DNA of 64,000 nucleotides from NCBI GenBank assembly GCA_964016885.1, contig OZ024741.1, positions 248,744,001 to 248,808,000 of the forward strand, written 5' to 3'. A program made the translations under genes and the position numbers. This document shows positions 62,401 to 64,000 of the stretch, one piece after another. Position 1 is the stretch's first letter, and every line of letters starts with the position of its first letter. The notes under the pieces are model-generated. The model ran no database searches and was not told the DNA's origin. It saw nothing but the letters and a program-made list of their open reading frames with translations. This DNA is from Eledone cirrhosa (lineage: Eukaryota).

Positions 62401-64000
62401 GAGATAATTTGTAAAAAAAATCAGGGGTAGATAATTTTCAGCCCTCCAAGGGGAGATAATTTCCATCCTTCCAAGGGGAGATAATTTCCAGCCGTCCAAG
62501 TGGAGATAATTTCCCGCCAGCCAAGGAGAGATAACATTTAAAAAAATCAGGCGGAGATAATTTGTAAAAAAAATCAGGGGGAGATAATTTGTAAAAAAAT
62601 CAGGGGGAGATAATTTGTAAAAAAAATCAGGGGTAGATAATTTCCAGCCGTCCAAGGGGAGATAATTTCCATCCTTCCAAGGGGAGATAATTTCCAGCCG
62701 TCCAAGGGGAGATAATTTCCCGCCAGCCAAGGAGAGATAATATTTAAAAAAATCAGGCGGAGATAATTTGTAAAAAAAATCAGGGGGAGATAATTTGTAA
62801 AAAAATCAGGGGGAGATAATTTGTAAAAAAAAATCAGGGGGAGATAATTTGTAAAAAAAATCAGGGGGAGATAATTTGTAAAAAAAAATCAGGGGTAGAT
62901 AATTTGTAAAAAAAAATCAGGGGGAGATAATTTGTAAAAAAAAATCAGGGGGAGATAATTTGTAAAAAAATCAAGGGGAGATAATTTCCAGCCGTCCAAG
63001 GGGAGATAATTTTCAGCCGTCCAAGGAGAGGTAATTTCTAGCCGTCCAAGGGGAGATAATTTCCAGCCGTCCAAGGGGAGATAATTTCCAGCCGTCCAAG
63101 GGGAGATAATATCCAGCCGTCCAAGGAGACATATTTTCCAGCCGTCCAAGGAGACGTAATTTCTAGCCGTCCAAGGGGAGATAAGTTCCAGCCTCCAAGG
63201 GGAGATAATTTCCAGCCAGCCAAGGGGAGATACTTTGTAAAAAAATTAGGGGGAGATAATTTGTAAAAAAAAATCAGGGGGAGATAATTTGTAAAAAAAA
63301 ATCAGGGGGAGATAATTTGTAAAAAAAAATCAGGGGGAGATAATTTGTAAAAAAAAAATCAGGCAGAGATAATTTGTAAAAAAATCAAGGGGAGATAATT
63401 TCCAGCCGTCCAAGGGGAGATAATTTTCAGCCGTCCAAGGAGAGGTAATTTCTAGCCGTCCAAGGGGAGATAATTTCCAGCCGTCCAAGGGGAGATAAAT
63501 TTTTTAAAAAAATCAGGCGGAGATAATTTGTAAACAAAAATCAGGGGGAGATAATTTGTAAAAAAAATCAGGGGGAGATAATTTGTAAAAAAAATCAAGG
63601 GGAGATAATTTGTAAAAAAAAATCAGGGGTAGATAATTTGTAAAAAAAAATCAGGGGGAGATAATTTGTAAAAAAAAAATCAGGGGGAGATAATTTGTAA
63701 AAAAATCAAGGGGAGATAATTTCCAGCCGTCCAAGGGGAGATAATTTTCAGCCGTCCAAGGAGAGGTAATTTCTAGCCGTCCAAGGGGAGATAATTTCCA
63801 GCCAGCCAAGGGGAGATAATTTGTAAAAAAATCAGGGGTAGATAATTTGTAAAAAAAAATCAGGGGGAGATAATTTGTAAAAAAAATCAGGGGGAGATAA
63901 TTTGTAAAAAAAATCAGGGGTAGATAATTTCCAGCCGTCCAAGGGGAGATAATTTCCATCCTTCCAAGGGGAGATAATTTCCAGCCGTCCAAGGGGAGAT

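Larger units (their letters stand above)
36245..62784. repeat. Head-to-tail duplication of a large unit (12744 bp and 13457 bp; shared core about 11.7 kb)
   Basis: ORF offsets step 12744, 14283, 14311, 14590, 14540, 13457, as expected from copy-specific indels. Private variants shared: AGCAGTCC (38298/52581), GGACATAAT (38760/53071), TTCGCGCC (40861/55451), AGATACTTTG (41041/55631), GAGACTTAT and GTTCCTGCC (48.6 kb/62.1 kb). Boundaries approximate. Confidence 0.88.
1..64000. repeat. Composite satellite DNA array of 25-bp (type B) and 25-29-bp (type A) monomers sharing the core GGGGAGATAATTT; runs off both window edges
   Basis: Every stretch read parses as GGGGGAGATAATTTGT(A)nTCA, GGGGAGATAATTTCCAGCCGTCCAA or a close variant, always in the same orientation. 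No unique sequence was seen. The ORF track contains only recurring peptides (IFFTNYLPL, GWKLSPLGRLEIISPWTAGNYLPLD). Confidence 0.99.

Noticed and set aside
728-63992. Many minus-strand ORFs of 61-190 aa (IFFTNYLPL and GWKLSPLGRLEIISPWTAGNYLPLD repeats)
   Set aside because: They follow from the repeat: the + strand has TAA in nearly every monomer, consensus B has no minus-strand stop, and 27-bp A monomers hold frame. ORFs overlap in several frames, most apparently start at alternative codons such as TTG, and A-run changes shift frame freely.
1-64000. CRISPR-like constant repeat plus variable spacer
   Set aside because: The core is only 13 bp, the intervening parts are two recurring 12-16 bp types rather than unique spacers, and there is no cas gene or leader.
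1-64000. G-quadruplex array from G4-G6 runs on one strand
   Set aside because: Runs are separated by about 21-24 nt, well beyond canonical loop lengths; only weak or intermolecular structures are conceivable.
1-64000. GGAG/GGAGG Shine-Dalgarno-like and TATAAT -10-like motifs
   Set aside because: Incidental to the monomer or single variants; no downstream + strand ORF exists.
1-64000. Whole window as a sequencing artefact or synthetic concatemer
   Set aside because: Nested, tree-like sharing of private variants and copy-specific divergence indicate natural evolution, although individual identical duplications still need read support.
1-64000. Assignment to a named satellite family or species
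   Set aside because: I do not recognise the consensus and cannot run a database search.

Overview
The whole 64 kb window is one uninterrupted, single-orientation satellite array of about 2,400 monomers (64,000 bp divided by ~26 bp). I see no credible gene, RNA gene, transposon or CRISPR array. Two monomer types share the 13-bp core GGGGAGATAATTT: type A, GGGGGAGATAATTTGT(A)6-10TCA (25-29 bp, 27 bp with A8, ~30% GC), and type B, GGGGAGATAATTTCCAGCCGTCCAA (25 bp, 52% GC). B monomers occur in a few fixed, variant-marked cassettes (here alpha, beta, gamma, delta) separated by A-monomer runs whose A-tract lengths are reproducible. Above this sit nested duplications: tandem units of 175, 871, 1083, 1539, ~3170 and 4558 bp, a 1052-bp-offset partial duplication, an ~8.6-kb segment repeated ~18 kb away, and an ~11.7-kb-core unit duplicated head-to-tail. 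All listed ORFs are minus-strand translations of the repeat and are rejected. A eukaryotic heterochromatic or (peri)centromeric origin is an inference; I do not recognise the family or the organism. Offsets were read by eye and from the ORF track, not from a computed alignment.
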